The notes: a model not told the origin generated them from the letters alone. A DNA stretch of 64,000 bases from an uncultured Planctomycetota bacterium (GCA_963823665.1 CAWGMQ010000010.1:288001-352000), one strand, 5' to 3'. Shown: positions 44,653 to 59,887, numbered from the stretch's first letter. Numbers and translations are program-made.

Positions 44653-45542
44653 GCGATACACTGGCGAGCCTGCGCCGCAAGATCAGCGGAGCGGGAGATC
44701 TGAAATCGGTGGTCCGCTCGATGAAGGCCCTGGCGGCCTCGAGCATCGGGCAATATGAGAAGTCGGTCCTGGCTTTGGCGGACTATGATCGCACTGTGGA
44801 ACTGGGCTTGGCCGTGTGCTTGAGGAATCGGGAGGCCGCCGCTCTGGAAGCCGGGCGCCCGGCAGGCGGTGCGACGATCGTGACCGCCATCGTCTTCGGC
44901 TCGGATCAGGGGCTCGTCGGCCAGTTCAATGATGTGCTGGCAGATTTCGTCGCGAAGGCACTCCATCCTCTACCGGGCGAAAAGAAGGTCTGGGCCGTCG
45001 GCGACCGCATCCACTCGCGGCTGGCGGATGCCGGTCTCAAGCCGGCGGGACTTTTCGCCGTTCCGACGTCCGTGAACGCCATCACGCCGCTTGTCGGCCA
45101 GATTCTCGTTGAAAGTGAAGCACATCACGACAAGGGCGAGATCGTTCAACTTTACCTGTTCCACAACCGCCCCAAGCAGGGGGCGGCCTATGAGCCCGTC
45201 GGTCAACACTTGCTGCCTCTGGATGATCAATGGGGACTCAGGCTGGCCCATCTCCCCTGGCCGACCAAGAACCTGCCCGAGGTGATCGGTGACCGTGAGC
45301 GAACGTTGCAGGCTCTGGTACGGGAATATCTCTTTGTCTCGCTCTTCAAGGCTTGCGCCGAATCGTTGGCAGCCGAAAACGCGAGTCGCCTTGCCGCCAT
45401 GCAGCGAGCGGAGAAAAACATCGACGAGCTGGTGGGAGACCTGAATCAGAGGTTTCGCCGCCTGCGCCAGACCTCCATTGATGAGGAGTTGTTCGACGTC
45501 TTATCCGGCTACGAATCATTGTCCAAAACAAAGAAGCGCTGA
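44649..45542 (+). CDS. atpG: N-ATPase gamma subunit
   Basis: SDQGLVG, ENASRL.AMQRA, RQ..IDEEL. Confidence 0.92.
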   Translation: MSDTLASLRRKISGAGDLKSVVRSMKALAASSIGQYEKSVLALADYDRTVELGLAVCLRNREAAALEAGRPAGGATIVTAIVFGSDQGLVGQFNDVLADFVAKALHPLPGEKKVWAVGDRIHSRLADAGLKPAGLFAVPTSVNAITPLVGQILVESEAHHDKGEIVQLYLFHNRPKQGAAYEPVGQHLLPLDDQWGLRLAHLPWPTKNLPEVIGDRERTLQALVREYLFVSLFKACAESLAAENASRLAAMQRAEKNIDELVGDLNQRFRRLRQTSIDEELFDVLSGYESLSKTKKR

Positions 45543-45550
45543 GGTGCACG

Positions 45551-46753
45551 ATCACGACAAAAAACACCCTATCTCGCATCCTGACGATCAACGGTGGATC
45601 ATCGAGCCTCAAGTTTGGGCTCTTTGAGAAGACCGATCCATCCGCGCGCCTCCTGTCCGGTCGCGTCGATCGGATCGGGCTGGACCAAGCCCGCTGGGTC
45701 CTGGCCGATCCGCGCGGCGGTTGCGACGAGGATCGCCGGGTCGATGCCCCGGATCAGAAGGCGGCTGTCCGCCTGCTGATCGATTGGCTCGATCGCGCAG
45801 TCGGTTTCACGGAAATCGCCGGCGTCGGACATCGAATCGTTCATGGCGGGAGTCGCTACCATCAGCCCGAACGTGTCACGCCCGAGCTGATCGAGGAACT
45901 GCGAAAGATCAGTCCTTGTGACCCGGATCACTTGCCGGGCGAGATCGAGTTGATCGAGGCGTTCCGAAACCGTGATCCCGACTTGCCCCAGGTTGCGTGC
46001 TTTGATACGGCATTTCATCACGACATGCCCCGCGTGGCCCAGATCGTGCCGATTCCCCGCCGGTTCGAGGCCGCCGGTGTAAGGCGCTATGGCTTCCATG
46101 GCTTGTCGTATGCGTTTCTGATGGAGGAACTGGCCCGGGTCGCCGGCCCGGAGGAAGCCCGGGGCCGCGTCATCCTGGCGCACCTGGGCGCCGGCGCGAG
46201 CCTGGCGGCGGTCCGCGGTGGCCATTCCATCGACACGTCCATGGGATTTACACCCGCCTCCGGGCTGGTCATGGGGACGCGCACGGGCGACCTCGATCCA
46301 GGCCTGGTCCGGTTCCTGTCGCGGACCGCGGGGATGACGGCCGACCAGTTTGACAGTCTCGTGAACCACGAGTCCGGCCTGCTCGGTGTCTCGGAAACCA
46401 GCTCCGATGTGCGCGATCTCCTGGGACGGCAGAATGCCGATGTCCGGGCGGCCGAGGCAATCGAACTGTTTTGTTACCAGGCGAAGAAATGGATCGGCGC
46501 CTTCGCCGCCGCGCTCGGCGGGATAAACACCCTGGTGTTCGCCGGCGGGATTGGTGAGAACGCGCCCGAGATTCGCCGCCGGATCTGCGCCGGACTGGCA
46601 TTTCTGGGGATCGCCCTGGACGAAAACCGAAACGCATCGAGCGCCCTCCTGATTTCGACCGACCAAGGGCCGGTCAAGGTCCGGGTTATCCGCACCGACG
46701 AGGAGTTGATGATCGCCAAAGCCGCGGCTCGTCTCATCGCGCGGCGATCATGA
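45551..46753 (+). CDS. ackA: Acetate kinase (apparent ATC start)
   Basis: Frame open from 45551: INGGSSSLK, GHRIVHGG, FDTAFH, RYGFHG, HLGAGAS, GIGEN, TDEE. Confidence 0.9.
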   Translation: MTTKNTLSRILTINGGSSSLKFGLFEKTDPSARLLSGRVDRIGLDQARWVLADPRGGCDEDRRVDAPDQKAAVRLLIDWLDRAVGFTEIAGVGHRIVHGGSRYHQPERVTPELIEELRKISPCDPDHLPGEIELIEAFRNRDPDLPQVACFDTAFHHDMPRVAQIVPIPRRFEAAGVRRYGFHGLSYAFLMEELARVAGPEEARGRVILAHLGAGASLAAVRGGHSIDTSMGFTPASGLVMGTRTGDLDPGLVRFLSRTAGMTADQFDSLVNHESGLLGVSETSSDVRDLLGRQNADVRAAEAIELFCYQAKKWIGAFAAALGGINTLVFAGGIGENAPEIRRRICAGLAFLGIALDENRNASSALLISTDQGPVKVRVIRTDEELMIAKAAARLIARRS

Positions 46754-46806
46754 TCTCCTGTTATCCACGAATTCAAACCGATCGAACCCAATGAAGGAGA
46801 CAGCCG

Positions 46807-49266
46807 ATGTCAAGACTCGAAGTCAAGAAGAGCACCGTTGCGCAGGAACGACCCCGCCCGAGCCCGTCACAGACCGGAGTGGCGTCGCGATCGATGGACA
46901 AGCAGGTTCCGCTTGATCCCGAAGAACTCCGCAAGATCAATGCCTACTGGCGGGCGGCCAACTACGTGTCCGTGGGCCAGATCTATCTCTACGACAACCC
47001 TTTGCTCCGCGAGCCGCTCTTACTCTCGCACGTGAAGCCGCTGGTGGTCGGACACTGGGGCACGACGCCTGGCCAAAACTTTATTTATGTGCATTTGAAC
47101 CGAATCATCAAGAAGTATGACCTGGACATGTTCTACGTCGCCGGTCCGGGTCACGGTGGCCCGGCAATCGTGGGCAACGTTTACCTCGAAGGCACGTGGA
47201 GCGAGGTGTATCCGAACGTCACCCAGGACGAAGCCGGGCTGCAAAAGCTGTTCAAGCAGTTCTCGTTTCCCGGTGGGATTTCCAGCCATGTTGCGCCCAC
47301 GACGCCGGGGTCGATTCACGAAGGCGGCGAGCTGGGGTACTCGGTCAGCCATGCCTTCGGGGCCGCGTTCGACAATCCCGGTTTGATCGTCGCGTGCGTC
47401 GTCGGCGACGGTGAAGCGGAGACGGGCCCCCTGGCGACCGCCTGGCAGTCCAACAAGCTGCTCAACCCAATTAGCGACGGAGCCGTGCTGCCGATCCTGC
47501 ACTTGAACGGCTACAAGATCAGCAACCCGACCGTCCTGGCCCGCATCGAGCACGAGGAACTGGAGCAATTCTTCCGAGGCTGCGGCTGGACGCCCTACTT
47601 TGTGGAAGGTGATGAGCCGGAGAAGATGCATCAACTCATGGCCACCGTCTTGGAAAAGGCCGTTGAGGACATCCGACAAATCCAAGAGAACGCGCGGAAC
47701 AAGAACGACGCTTCTCGGCCGCGGTGGCCGATGATCATCCTCAGGTCACCCAAGGGCTGGACAGGACCGAAGGTCGTCGATGGACTGCAAATCGAGGGCA
47801 CCTTCCGGGCGCACCAGGTGCCAATCCTTGTGGATTCCGACCATCCCGATCATGTCAAGGAACTCGAGAGCTGGATGAAGAGCTACAAGGCCGAGGAGCT
47901 CTTCGATGAAAATGGCCGGCTCGTGCCGGAACTCGCCGAGCTGGCGCCGAAGGGCGACCGACGGATGGGCGCCAATCCGCACGCCAACGGCGGACTTCTG
48001 CTCCGCGACCTGCGTATGCCGGATTTCCACGTTCACGCGGTGAATGTGCCAACGCCGGGTGCCGTTCTTGGCCAGGACACGCTCGTACTGGGCAGTTTCC
48101 TGCGCGATGTGGCCAAGCTCAATCAAGATCAGCGTAATTTCCGCATCTTCGGTCCTGATGAGACACTCTCGAATCTCCTGGGCGCGGTTTTTGAGGTCAC
48201 GAATCGTCAGTGGGACGCCCGGGAAGTAAAGAATGATGAATTCCTCGCGCCCGCCGGACGCGTGCTGGACTCGATGCTCAGCGAGCATCAGTGCGAGGGT
48301 TGGCTGGAAGGGTATCTGCTGACCGGGCGGCACGGACTGTTCAACAGCTATGAGGCCTTCATTCGCATCGTCGATTCGATGTTCAGCCAGCACGCCAAAT
48401 GGCTGAAGGTCACGCTCGAGCTGCCCTGGCGCCGGAAGATCGCGTCGCTGAACTATCTGCTCGCCTCCCACGTCTGGCAGCAGGATCACAACGGCTTCAC
48501 GCACCAGGATCCTGGTTTCCTCGACCACGTGATCAACAAGAAGGCCGACATCGTGCGCGTTTACCTGCCGCCCGATGCCAATTGCCTGTTGTCGGTCTTT
48601 GATCACTGCCTCCGCAGCCGGCATTACGTCAACGTGGTCGTGGCCGGCAAACATGCACTCCCGCAGTGGCTAACCATGGACGCCGCAGTCGTGCATTGCA
48701 CGGAAGGAATAGGCATCTGGCAATGGGCCAGCAACGACCAGGACACGGAGCCGGACGTGGTGATGGGCTGTTGCGGAGACACGCCGACGCTGGAGATTCT
48801 GGCCGCCGTTTCCATTCTTCGCCAGTATCTGCCCGATCTGAAGATCCGGGTGATCAATGTCGTCGATCTGATGAAGCTGCAGCCCAAGAGCGAGCACCCG
48901 CACGGACTCCCCGACACGGATTATGATTCGCTTTTCACCAAGGACAAGCACATCATCTTCGGCTTCCACGGATATCCATGGCTGATCCACCGGTTGACCT
49001 ATCGACGGACCAACCGCAACCTCCATGTCCGGGGTTACAAGGAAGAGGGAACCATCACGACCGCCTTTGACATGAGGGTGCAGAACGACCTGGACCGCTT
49101 TCATCTCGTGCAAGACGTGGTCGATAGACTGCCGCATTTGGGTTCGCGCGGCGCCTATCTGAAGCAGCAGATGCGGGACAAGCTCATCGAGCACAAGCAC
49201 TACATCGATCAACATGGACAGGATTTACCGGAGATCCGGAATTGGAAATGGGGCAAGTCCAAATGA
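46807..49266 (+). CDS. xfp: Xylulose-5-P/fructose-6-P phosphoketolase
   Basis: [36 protein letters not shown]. Confidence 0.95.
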   Translation: MSRLEVKKSTVAQERPRPSPSQTGVASRSMDKQVPLDPEELRKINAYWRAANYVSVGQIYLYDNPLLREPLLLSHVKPLVVGHWGTTPGQNFIYVHLNRIIKKYDLDMFYVAGPGHGGPAIVGNVYLEGTWSEVYPNVTQDEAGLQKLFKQFSFPGGISSHVAPTTPGSIHEGGELGYSVSHAFGAAFDNPGLIVACVVGDGEAETGPLATAWQSNKLLNPISDGAVLPILHLNGYKISNPTVLARIEHEELEQFFRGCGWTPYFVEGDEPEKMHQLMATVLEKAVEDIRQIQENARNKNDASRPRWPMIILRSPKGWTGPKVVDGLQIEGTFRAHQVPILVDSDHPDHVKELESWMKSYKAEELFDENGRLVPELAELAPKGDRRMGANPHANGGLLLRDLRMPDFHVHAVNVPTPGAVLGQDTLVLGSFLRDVAKLNQDQRNFRIFGPDETLSNLLGAVFEVTNRQWDAREVKNDEFLAPAGRVLDSMLSEHQCEGWLEGYLLTGRHGLFNSYEAFIRIVDSMFSQHAKWLKVTLELPWRRKIASLNYLLASHVWQQDHNGFTHQDPGFLDHVINKKADIVRVYLPPDANCLLSVFDHCLRSRHYVNVVVAGKHALPQWLTMDAAVVHCTEGIGIWQWASNDQDTEPDVVMGCCGDTPTLEILAAVSILRQYLPDLKIRVINVVDLMKLQPKSEHPHGLPDTDYDSLFTKDKHIIFGFHGYPWLIHRLTYRRTNRNLHVRGYKEEGTITTAFDMRVQNDLDRFHLVQDVVDRLPHLGSRGAYLKQQMRDKLIEHKHYIDQHGQDLPEIRNWKWGKSK

Positions 49267-50288
49267 ATGCAAAAGAGCTTATCGACACCGCGAGGACGCT
49301 CGTCGCCGGCGACAAGGGCTTGCTGGCGATGGACGAAAGCAATCCAACCTGCAACAAACGATTTGCCAAGTTGGGGATTCCCCAGACCGAGGAGGCCCGG
49401 CGCGCCTATCGCGAGTTGCTTGTGACCACGCCCGGACTCGGTGAGTGGATCAGTGGGGCGATCCTCTACGACGAGACGATCCGCCAGAGGAAGAAGGATG
49501 GCACGCCGTTCATCAAAGTTATCATCGATGCGGGAATCGTTCCCGGCATCAAGGTCGACATCGGTGCCAAGGACATGGCAGGTCACCCGGGAGAGCGAAT
49601 CACCGAGGGTCTGGACGGATTGCGCGTCCGTCTTCGGGAGTACGTTGAGATGGGTGCCCGTTTTGCCAAGTGGCGCGCGGTGATTGCCCTGGGCGATGGC
49701 ATTCCCAGCCGGGGTTGCATCGAGGCCAACGCGCAGGCGCTGGCCCGCTACGCCGCATTGTGCCAGGAAGCGGGACTCGTGCCCGTCGTCGAGCCGGAGG
49801 TGCTCATGGACGGTGAGCATTCCCTGGAGCGGTGCGGCGAGGTAACCGAAGAAGTCCTGCGAACGGTGTTCAATCAGCTTTACACGCAAGGGGTGATGAT
49901 CGAAGGGATGATCCTGAAGCCCAACATGGTGCTACCGGGATTGACCTGCGCCAAGCAAGAAGCGGCGGACGAGGTGGCGGACGCCACGGTGAAGTGTCTT
50001 TTGCGCGCTGTCCCCGCGGCCGTTCCGGGGATCGCGTTCCTGTCAGGCGGTCAATCCTGTGAGCTGGCCTCGGCCCGTTTGACTGCCATGAATGTTCGAT
50101 TCAAGTCGCGACTGCCTTGGGCGCTCTCATTTTCGTTTGGCCGCGCCCTCCAGCAACCGGGCTTGGAGATTTGGCGAGGCGAGGAGGGCCACGTGCCGGC
50201 GGCACAGAAAGCCCTGTGTCATCGAGCCAGGTGCAACCAGGCGGCGCGCCGTGGCAAGTACGATGCCGCGATGGAGACGCGTGGGTAG
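49263..50288 (+). CDS. fba: Class I fructose-bisphosphate aldolase
   Basis: [37 protein letters not shown]. Confidence 0.92.
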   Translation: MNAKELIDTARTLVAGDKGLLAMDESNPTCNKRFAKLGIPQTEEARRAYRELLVTTPGLGEWISGAILYDETIRQRKKDGTPFIKVIIDAGIVPGIKVDIGAKDMAGHPGERITEGLDGLRVRLREYVEMGARFAKWRAVIALGDGIPSRGCIEANAQALARYAALCQEAGLVPVVEPEVLMDGEHSLERCGEVTEEVLRTVFNQLYTQGVMIEGMILKPNMVLPGLTCAKQEAADEVADATVKCLLRAVPAAVPGIAFLSGGQSCELASARLTAMNVRFKSRLPWALSFSFGRALQQPGLEIWRGEEGHVPAAQKALCHRARCNQAARRGKYDAAMETRG

Positions 50289-50351
50289 GGGAACTCGCCG
50301 AGTGGGAGATTATCTTCCAAAGGCTCCGTGAGCGCCCAATGGAGACCGGAA

Positions 50352-51136
50352 ATGCGTCAGAAATTCATCGTCGGTAACTGGAAGATGTACACCACTGCCG
50401 CCGTTGCCAGTCGGCTGGCCAAGACGATCGTCGATGGGATGGGCGTGGAGGACCGTGTATCCGTCGCGATCTGTCCCCCTTTCCCTTATCTGGCCCTCGT
50501 GGGGGAGATACTCAAGGGCAGCCGCGTCGCGCTCGGGCGCAGAACCTTTATCCCGAGAAGGAAGGCGCGTTCACCGGCGAGGTCAGCCCGAAGATGCTCC
50601 TCGATGTCGGCTGCAAGTACGTTATTCTCGGACACAGCGAGCGCCGGCACACGCTGGGCGAATCCGATACGTTCATCAACCAGAAGGTACGCGTTGCCCT
50701 TGCCGCTGGCCTCGACGTGATCTACTGCTGCGGCGAGACTCTGGACGAGCGCGAGGCCGGCCACACCGAATCGGTGCTCGGGCGGCAACTCATGCAGGGA
50801 TTGGCCGGCTTGTCAGTCGACACCTTGACGCGCCTGACCGTTGCGTACGAACCGGTGTGGGCAATCGGAAGGCTCGGACACCAAGCAACTCCGCAGCAGG
50901 CCGAGGAGGCGCACGCCGTCATTCGGCGCCGCTTCGGTCTGATGTTCGACGAGAAAGCGGCTCATACGGTTGCCATACAGTACGGCGGAAGCGTCAAGCC
51001 CGAGAACGCCGCCGCACTGCTTGGCCGGCCCGGCGTGGACGGCGCCTTGATTGGCGGCGCCAGCCTCCATGCCGACCAGTTTCTGGCCATCGTCCGGGCT
51101 GGGATCAGTGAGCGGCAAACCGAAGGCAGAAGGTGA
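50352..51136 (+). CDS. tpiA: Triosephosphate isomerase (frameshift near 50536)
   Basis: GNWKM; GHSERR, AYEPVWAIG, YGGSV; one G missing at LG[A]QN. Confidence 0.9.
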
Positions 51137-51144
51137 AGAAACGA

Positions 51145-53686
51145 ATGAGCAAACAACCACGTGAGAGCCGCACAAATTACGGTCTTCTGCCCACGGAAGT
51201 CGAGGGGTTCGCTCCCTTGGCCGAGCTTGCCCTGGACCTGCGCTGGTCCTGGAATCATTACAGCGATGAAGTGTGGCGGCAGCTTGATCCTGCTCTTTGG
51301 GAACGCACGCGGAACCCCTGGGTTCTTCTCCAGACTGTCTCGCGGGACAAGCTCCAGCACCTGTTAGCCGACACCGTATTCCGCCAGAAGGTGGATTCTC
51401 TTGTGCAAACCAGACGGCAGGCGGCGGAGACACCCGCGTGGTTTCAGCAGACCTACGCGCAATCTCCCCTGACCCGTGTCGCGTATTTCAGCATGGAATT
51501 CATGTTAAGCGAAGCTCTCCCGATCTATTCAGGCGGCCTTGGCAATGTGGCCGGCGATCAGCTCAAGGCCGCCAGTGATCTGGGGGTGCCGGTGGTTGCC
51601 GTGGGGCTGCTGTACCAACAAGGCTATTTTCGCCAGGTGATCGACGAGGACGGAGCTCAGCAGGCCCTTTTCCCGTACAACGATCCCGGACAGTTACCGA
51701 TCACGCCGTTGCGCCAGCCGAACGGGGAGTGGTTGCGGCTAGAACTCGACTTACCTGGTTACCCGGTCTGGCTCCGCGCCTGGCAAGTCCAGGTTGGCAG
51801 AGTCAAGCTTTACCTCCTGGACAGCAACGACCTTGCGAACTTTCCCGCTCACAGAGGCATTACCAGCGAGCTTTACGGGGGCGGGCCGGAGTTGCGGCTG
51901 CAGCAGGAAATGGTGTTGGGAATCGGCGGATGGCGACTGCTCCAAGCGCTCGGCATCCAGCCGGAAGTCTGCCACTTGAATGAAGGGCATGCGGCGTTCG
52001 CCATTCTGGAACGAGCCCGGACCTTCATGAACGAGACCGGGCAGCCTTTTGAAGTCGCGCTGGCCGTCACCCGAGCGGGGAACCTTTTCACCACCCACAC
52101 GGCGGTGGCCGCGGGCTTTGACCGCTTTGCTCCGGCCCTCATCGAGCAATACCTCGGTCGGTACGCCCAGGACGAGCTTGGCATTGCCGTCCACGATTTG
52201 CTGGCCCTCGGCCACCAGAACTCGAACGAATCGTCGGAGAGTTTCAACATGGCCTATCTGGCAATCCGCGGAAGCGGCGCGGTCAACGGCGTGAGTCGCT
52301 TGCACGGGAAGGTAAGCCGGCAACTCTTCGAGCCGCTCTTTCCGCACTGGCCGGAGGACGAAGTGCCGGTCGGCCACGTAACCAACGGAGTTCACATGCC
52401 GAGCTGGGATTCGGCATCAGCCGATGATCTTTGGACGGAAGCCTGTGGAAAGGACCGCTGGCTGGGCACGACGGAAACTCTGGAACGGGACATTCGCCGC
52501 GTCTCCGACGCCAGGCTCTGGCACTTTCGTAACGCCGCCAGCAAGGCCCTCGTTGAATACGCCCGCGAACGATTGTCGCGGCAACTGACCTCATCGGGCG
52601 CGCGCGCGAGGCGATCGACGGGGCGAAACATCTGTTCGATCCCAACTCATTGACACTCGGCTTTGCGCACCGCTTCGCCACCTACAAGAGACCGAACCTG
52701 CTGCTGCACAATCGGGCGCACTTACTGCGGCTTCTGGCTAACCCTGAGCACCCTGTGCAACTCATCATCGCCGGCAAGGCCCATCCGCAGGACCAAGCGG
52801 GGCAGGCATTGATCCATGAATGGATCAATTTCATCCGCCAGCCTGAAGCCCGACCTTACATCATCTTCCTCAGCGACTACGACATGCTGTTAACGGAACA
52901 CCTGGTGCAGGGGGTGGACGTTTGGATCAACACGCCACGGCGACCCTGGGAGGCGAGCGGAACGAGCGGCATGAAGGTGCTCGTCAATGGAGGCATCAAT
53001 CTCTCGGAATTGGATGGCTGGTGGGCCGAAGCATACACGCGTCGGGTGGGGTGGGCGCTGGGGGACGGCCAGGAGCATGGTGACGATCCCGCCTGGGACG
53101 CTGTCGAAGCTGACGCGCTCTACGACCTGCTGGAGCGCGAGGTGATCCCAGAGTTTTACACCCGAGATGAAAACAGCATTCCCACCGCATGGGTCATGCG
53201 GATGCGGGAAAGCATGGCGCGGTTGACACCGCGCTTCTCCGCCAACCGCGCAGTGCGCGAATACACCGAGCAACACTACCTCCCGGCTGCGGCCGCCTAC
53301 CGAGACCGCGCGGCGAACAAAGGCGCGATGGGCAGCCAAATGGTCGATTGGCAGCATGCGTTGGATCGGAATTGGGGCCCGTTGCGCTTCGGAGACTTGA
53401 GGGTCAAAACCAACGCGGAACACCACGTGTTTCAGGTCGAAATCTCGATGAACGATCTTGACCCGAATTCGGTGCGAGTTGAGCTTTATGCGGATGGGAT
53501 CAACGGTGACGATCCCGTACGGGAGGAGATGAAATGCGCGCGACCGCTGCCTGACGCGTCACGCCGCTGCGCCTATCAGGCAACGGTGCCGGCTTCACGT
53601 CCCGCGAGAGACTTCACGGCACGAGTGATACCGGACCGCTCCGGCGTGGCGGTACCACTCGAATCGGCTCGAATATTATGGCAACG

Positions 53687-53690
<4 letters not shown>
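51145..53690 (+). CDS. glgP: Alpha-glucan (glycogen) phosphorylase (frameshift near 52600)
   Basis: YSGGLG, HLNEGH, TNGVH; RFATYKR, EASGTSGMK (PLP Lys). Confidence 0.92.
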
Positions 53691-55832
<2,142 letters not shown>

Positions 55833-55873
55833 TCGACGTGTCAATGGTGGCAGACCACGCCGAGGAACACAGC

Positions 55874-56476
55874 ATGAACAAACCACTTCCTGATGTTTAC
55901 CTGGCTCGACACGGCGAGACAGCGTGGTCGCTGTCGGGCCGGCACACGGGACGGACCGATATTCCCCTGACCGAACATGGCGAGGACAACGCACGGAGGC
56001 TGCAGGGACGCCTCGAGGGGACCACGTTCACCGAGGTCCTGGTCAGCCCGCTCCAGAGGGCGCGGCGGACTTGCGAGCTGGCGGGCTTCGGGGCCGTGGC
56101 GTCGGTCATCCCGGATCTGGTCGAATGGGACTATGGCGATTATGAAGGCCGGCTCACCTCCGACATCCGCCATGAGCGGCCGGGCTGGTATCTCTTCCGC
56201 GACGGCTGCCCGGGGGGTGAGTCGCTCGCGGAAGTGGGTGCCCGCGCCGACCGCGTAGTCGCCCGTCTACGGGCGGATGGCGGTCGCATCCTCCTCTTCG
56301 GACACGGCCATTTCTTTCGCATCCTCGCCGCGCGCTGGATGGATCTGCCTGTGGAGGACGCGAGGCACTGGATGCTCAGTACCGCATCGCTGAGCATCGT
56401 GGGCTACGAGCATACCTTGGCCGACCCGGCCATTGTCCTCTGGAACGACGACCACCACGTGAAAGCTGGTGCGTGA
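55874..56476 (+). CDS. Histidine phosphatase family protein
   Basis: RHGET, SPLQRA, EWDYG, GES, GHGH. Confidence 0.88.
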   Translation: MNKPLPDVYLARHGETAWSLSGRHTGRTDIPLTEHGEDNARRLQGRLEGTTFTEVLVSPLQRARRTCELAGFGAVASVIPDLVEWDYGDYEGRLTSDIRHERPGWYLFRDGCPGGESLAEVGARADRVVARLRADGGRILLFGHGHFFRILAARWMDLPVEDARHWMLSTASLSIVGYEHTLADPAIVLWNDDHHVKAGA

Positions 56477-56506
56477 ATCGTTCTCATATACTGGGAGAGT
56501 GACCCG

Positions 56507-56722
56507 ATGGGCGATCATCAAAAGAGATGGCATCACAGGGACCACCATGCAAATCCCAAGGAAGGGGAAGATCGCGCTGCGTGGAGAGGAGCTCACAAAG
56601 ACTGGCGTCTCTGGGTCGTCGTGGGTCTGATGCTGCTGGCGATGTTGACCTACGTGATGACGATGGATGAAGCAGTCCGACCTGGAGGAAAGGTGCAGCA
56701 GGCCGTACCGGCAGCCCCCTGA
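56507..56722 (+). CDS. Small His-rich single-TM protein
   Basis: GGAG SD; HKDWRLW + TM + YVMTMDE. Confidence 0.6.
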   Translation: MGDHQKRWHHRDHHANPKEGEDRAAWRGAHKDWRLWVVVGLMLLAMLTYVMTMDEAVRPGGKVQQAVPAAP

Positions 56723-56832
56723 TCGTGAGCCGGCGAGTTGGGCACGGGAGCCCGCAGCCATTCGGTTCTTCGATCAAGGCCAGCGGGAGACGGCGTGGGA
56801 GTGGATCGAGGAGCCTCTCCATTCAGGGATAC

Positions 56833-57786
56833 TCAGTTCATAACGGGCTCGAGCGGGCCGGCGAGTGCGCGATGGAAGAAGAGGCGGCCGGGGAGAGTGG
56901 GCATGAACGAGCTGGGCACCCAGGGGTCCGGGCCATAGCGCAAGGTCATCCAGAGGCTCGCGCCTTGCCACTGCATTCCGCGATCGAACACTCCTTCCGC
57001 GCCACCGATGATGCGGTCGGCCTGCAGAAAGAGGCCCGGGCCGATGGTGTTGGCGAAGGCGGGGACGAGTGTGGTGCGGCTCTTGAAGCTGGTGAGCGCG
57101 TTCTGCTCGATCGTGAGCGGGTGCAGGCGGGCGCCCAGTCGATGCGTCTGGGACTTCCATTCCTGCACTCCGGCAAACTCATCGGCGAAATGAGGCTCCC
57201 AGAAGGCGATGTGACAAACGCGTCCGATGCCGAAGATGACGTGGAGCCGAGCTCCCTGGGCTTTGAGCTCGGCGATGCGGCCGGCGTAGAGCGGAAGCCG
57301 GGCGGGCGTGGCGAACCAGCGGTTCTCGGGCGGGACGGTGAGCGCACCCAAAGGCCCGTAGAAGGCAGCCTCCATCGCGTTCTGGAATGAGCCGGGATGA
57401 TCGGGAGCAAGGGTGTTGCCGCTCGAGTCGCTCCATTCGTCCATGTTGAATCCAAAAACATGGTCACAAGGCAAGTTCCATTCCTTGAGGAAGTAGACTG
57501 CCCAGCGGTACATACCCATCGGGCCGACCGGGAGAATCATCGCAGCTTTCTGGCCGGCCTCGCGCGCCTGCTTGATCGCCAGTGCGATTTCGTGGCCCAT
57601 CATGACGTCGAAATCGGCGACCGACTCGCAGGCAACCGGCTGGAATGCTGGGTGCCACCAGGGCTGTCGATCGCCTATGGACTCGGGCGGGTAGGAGCAG
57701 CAGCGGTCGATCCGGGCGAGATCCCAGCCGCGCGGGAGAAAGCCCTCCATCATCGAACCGGCGTAGGTGGTGAGGAGATTTATCAT
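56833..57786 (-). CDS. Glucosamine-6-phosphate isomerase/deaminase-like (NagB fold)
   Basis: [23 protein letters not shown]. Confidence 0.75.
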   Translation of the reverse strand: MINLLTTYAGSMMEGFLPRGWDLARIDRCCSYPPESIGDRQPWWHPAFQPVACESVADFDVMMGHEIALAIKQAREAGQKAAMILPVGPMGMYRWAVYFLKEWNLPCDHVFGFNMDEWSDSSGNTLAPDHPGSFQNAMEAAFYGPLGALTVPPENRWFATPARLPLYAGRIAELKAQGARLHVIFGIGRVCHIAFWEPHFADEFAGVQEWKSQTHRLGARLHPLTIEQNALTSFKSRTTLVPAFANTIGPGLFLQADRIIGGAEGVFDRGMQWQGASLWMTLRYGPDPWVPSSFMPTLPGRLFFHRALAGPLEPVMN

Positions 57787-58778
57787 TTGATTGTGATCAC
57801 AACCTTTCCCGTCAATGCCCCGGCGCCCTTGAGGGTGTTTTCTTCGAGGAATCGCTGGGCCGTGGCGGCTTCTGCCAGAGGGAAGGTCCGGCCGATCAGT
57901 GGTTTGAGGTTTCCATCTTGAATCATCCGGATCATCCCATTTGCACAATGTCGTTGTTCGTCGGGCGGGGAATTGAACATCGCGAAGCCAAAGATCGCGC
58001 AGTTCCGAGGATAGAACGCGCCCAGCGGCAGAGAAGGTTTGGCGGTGCGGCCGGCCATCAGGATGAGCCGCCCGTGTTTGCGGAGCAGGGGGATGGCCAC
58101 TTCGAGGTTCGGCTCGCGCTGGGTTTCAAACCAGACGTCGACTCCTTCGGGTACGAATTCGCGAAGGCGGGCGGGGACATTATCGGTCTTGTAGTTCAGG
58201 GCGAGATCGGCGCCCTTCGAGCGACATAGCTCGACTTTCTCGGGACTACCCGCGGAAGTCGCCACCTTTGCGCCGGCGGCCTTGGCCATCTGCACGGCGA
58301 CCGAGCCGACGCCACCGGAGCCGCCGGGCACATATAGCGACTCACCGCTCTTCAACTGGCCGAAGCGGAAGAGTCCGAGGTGGGCGGTGATGCCGACCAG
58401 AGCCATGGCCGCGGCTTCGCCTTCGGTGAGCGTTTCGGGAGTCGCGTAAAGCCACTCTTCGTCGACGGCCGCGAACTGGGCGGCCACGCCCTGACGCCCG
58501 AGGAGTCCCTGATTCGAGCCCCAGACGCGGTCGCCGACTCTGAATCGGGCGGCGCCCGGGCCGAGCTTGGCGATGGTGCCGGCAAGGTCGCAGCCGATGA
58601 CGTAGGGGAAGGCGAGCGGCATCGGGATGAGCCCCGAGCGGAGGTAGAGGTCGATGGGGTTCAGCGCCGCCGCATGCACCTCGACGAGCACTTGCCCGGG
58701 GCCGGGCTCAGGTTGGGGCAAGTCGCCGACCTTGATGACCTCGGGCGGACCGGTTTCCTCGATGTAGGCGGCTTTCAT
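57783..58778 (-). CDS. NADPH:quinone reductase (MDR family)
   Basis: LNPID, GCDLAG, GGSGGVG, GKVVI. Confidence 0.88.
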   Translation of the reverse strand: MKAAYIEETGPPEVIKVGDLPQPEPGPGQVLVEVHAAALNPIDLYLRSGLIPMPLAFPYVIGCDLAGTIAKLGPGAARFRVGDRVWGSNQGLLGRQGVAAQFAAVDEEWLYATPETLTEGEAAAMALVGITAHLGLFRFGQLKSGESLYVPGGSGGVGSVAVQMAKAAGAKVATSAGSPEKVELCRSKGADLALNYKTDNVPARLREFVPEGVDVWFETQREPNLEVAIPLLRKHGRLILMAGRTAKPSLPLGAFYPRNCAIFGFAMFNSPPDEQRHCANGMIRMIQDGNLKPLIGRTFPLAEAATAQRFLEENTLKGAGALTGKVVITIK

Positions 58779-58793
58779 ACGACAGTTCTCCGG

Positions 58794-59114
58794 TTATTCC
58801 ACGGCGACCTGGATGAGGTCGCCCTCGACTCGCACGGGATAGGTGCCGGTTCGGGTGCGGCCCGACGGGCTGTCGACCGAGCGGCCGTCCTCCAGGCTGA
58901 AGCGCCAGCCGTGCCAGGTGCAGGTGACGGTCTTGTCGAAGACGATGCCGTCGCAGAGGGGTGCGCCCTTGTGCGGGCAGGCGTCGTCAATCGCGTAGTA
59001 GTTTCCCTCGTCGAGAAAGACTGCGATCACGCGTCCTTCGATCTCGACCGGTATTCCTCGGCCCTCGGCGATCTCGCCCACGCGGGCGACAGTGTGATAC
59101 ATTACGGGCGCCAA
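58794..59114 (-). CDS. Rieske (2Fe-2S) ferredoxin
   Basis: CPH...CTWH motifs; GAGGAGG SD before TTG. Confidence 0.88.
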   Translation of the reverse strand: MAPVMYHTVARVGEIAEGRGIPVEIEGRVIAVFLDEGNYYAIDDACPHKGAPLCDGIVFDKTVTCTWHGWRFSLEDGRSVDSPSGRTRTGTYPVRVEGDLIQVAVE

Positions 59115-59200
59115 GGCAATGGCCTCCTCCTCACTGGCGATGGCAAGGGCCCCGTGCCCGCTCCCGTGCGCCGCGAACCGAGACCCCAACTATCATACTC

Positions 59201-59788
59201 ATGGAAAAGAACGTCTGCGTATACTGCGGGTCGGCAAGCGGAGTTGACTCGCGGTTTGCCGAGTCGGCGAGAGACGTGGGGCGGGCGATCGCCGAGCACG
59301 GATTCGGCCTGGTTTTTGGCGGCGGCCGGGTGGGGCTGATGGGTATCGTCGCCGATGCGGTGCTCGCGGCAGGAGGAAGGGCGATCGGGGTGATCCCGCA
59401 GCCACTGGCGGTCAAGGAGATTGCACATCGGGCGCTCACCGAGCTGCACGTCGTGCGCGACATGCACGAGCGCAAGGCCATGATGGCCAGCCGGTCAGCA
59501 GCGTTTCTGACCTTGCCCGGGGGAGTCGGAACGTTTGAGGAATTCTTCGAAACCTTGAGCTGGGCGACGCTGGGGCTTCATCACAAACCCATCGGCATCC
59601 TGAACGCGGCCGGCTACTTCGATCCGATGATCGCACTTCTCGACCACGCGGTCGCCCAGAAATTCCTCAAACCCGAGCATCGCCGGCACCTCTTGATCTC
59701 GACGGATGCGGAGCGGTTGGTTGCTGAGGTGATGAGGCATGCGGGAACTCGAAGCCCTGCTCAGAGGATAGATCTGGGGGGGAAGTGA
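59201..59788 (+). CDS. LOG family nucleotide phosphoribohydrolase
   Basis: GGG.VGLMG, MHERK, PGGVGTFEE. Confidence 0.9.
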   Translation: MEKNVCVYCGSASGVDSRFAESARDVGRAIAEHGFGLVFGGGRVGLMGIVADAVLAAGGRAIGVIPQPLAVKEIAHRALTELHVVRDMHERKAMMASRSAAFLTLPGGVGTFEEFFETLSWATLGLHHKPIGILNAAGYFDPMIALLDHAVAQKFLKPEHRRHLLISTDAERLVAEVMRHAGTRSPAQRIDLGGK

Positions 59789-59810
59789 GTCGATCGCGGC
59801 GTTCATCTCA

Positions 59811-59857
59811 TTGGGCCGCCTTTCCCTATCGGCTAAGATTTAGACGATCTTCTAAAT
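59811..59857 (+). promoter_or_regulatory. Promoter TTGGGC-N17-TAAGAT overlapped by palindrome ATTTAGA-N6-TCTAAAT
   Basis: Perfect 7-6-7 inverted repeat at 59838-59857 directly upstream of an ArsR-family gene. Confidence 0.7.
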
Positions 59858-59887
59858 AAATGACGGGCACGAGCGAATTGACCAGGG

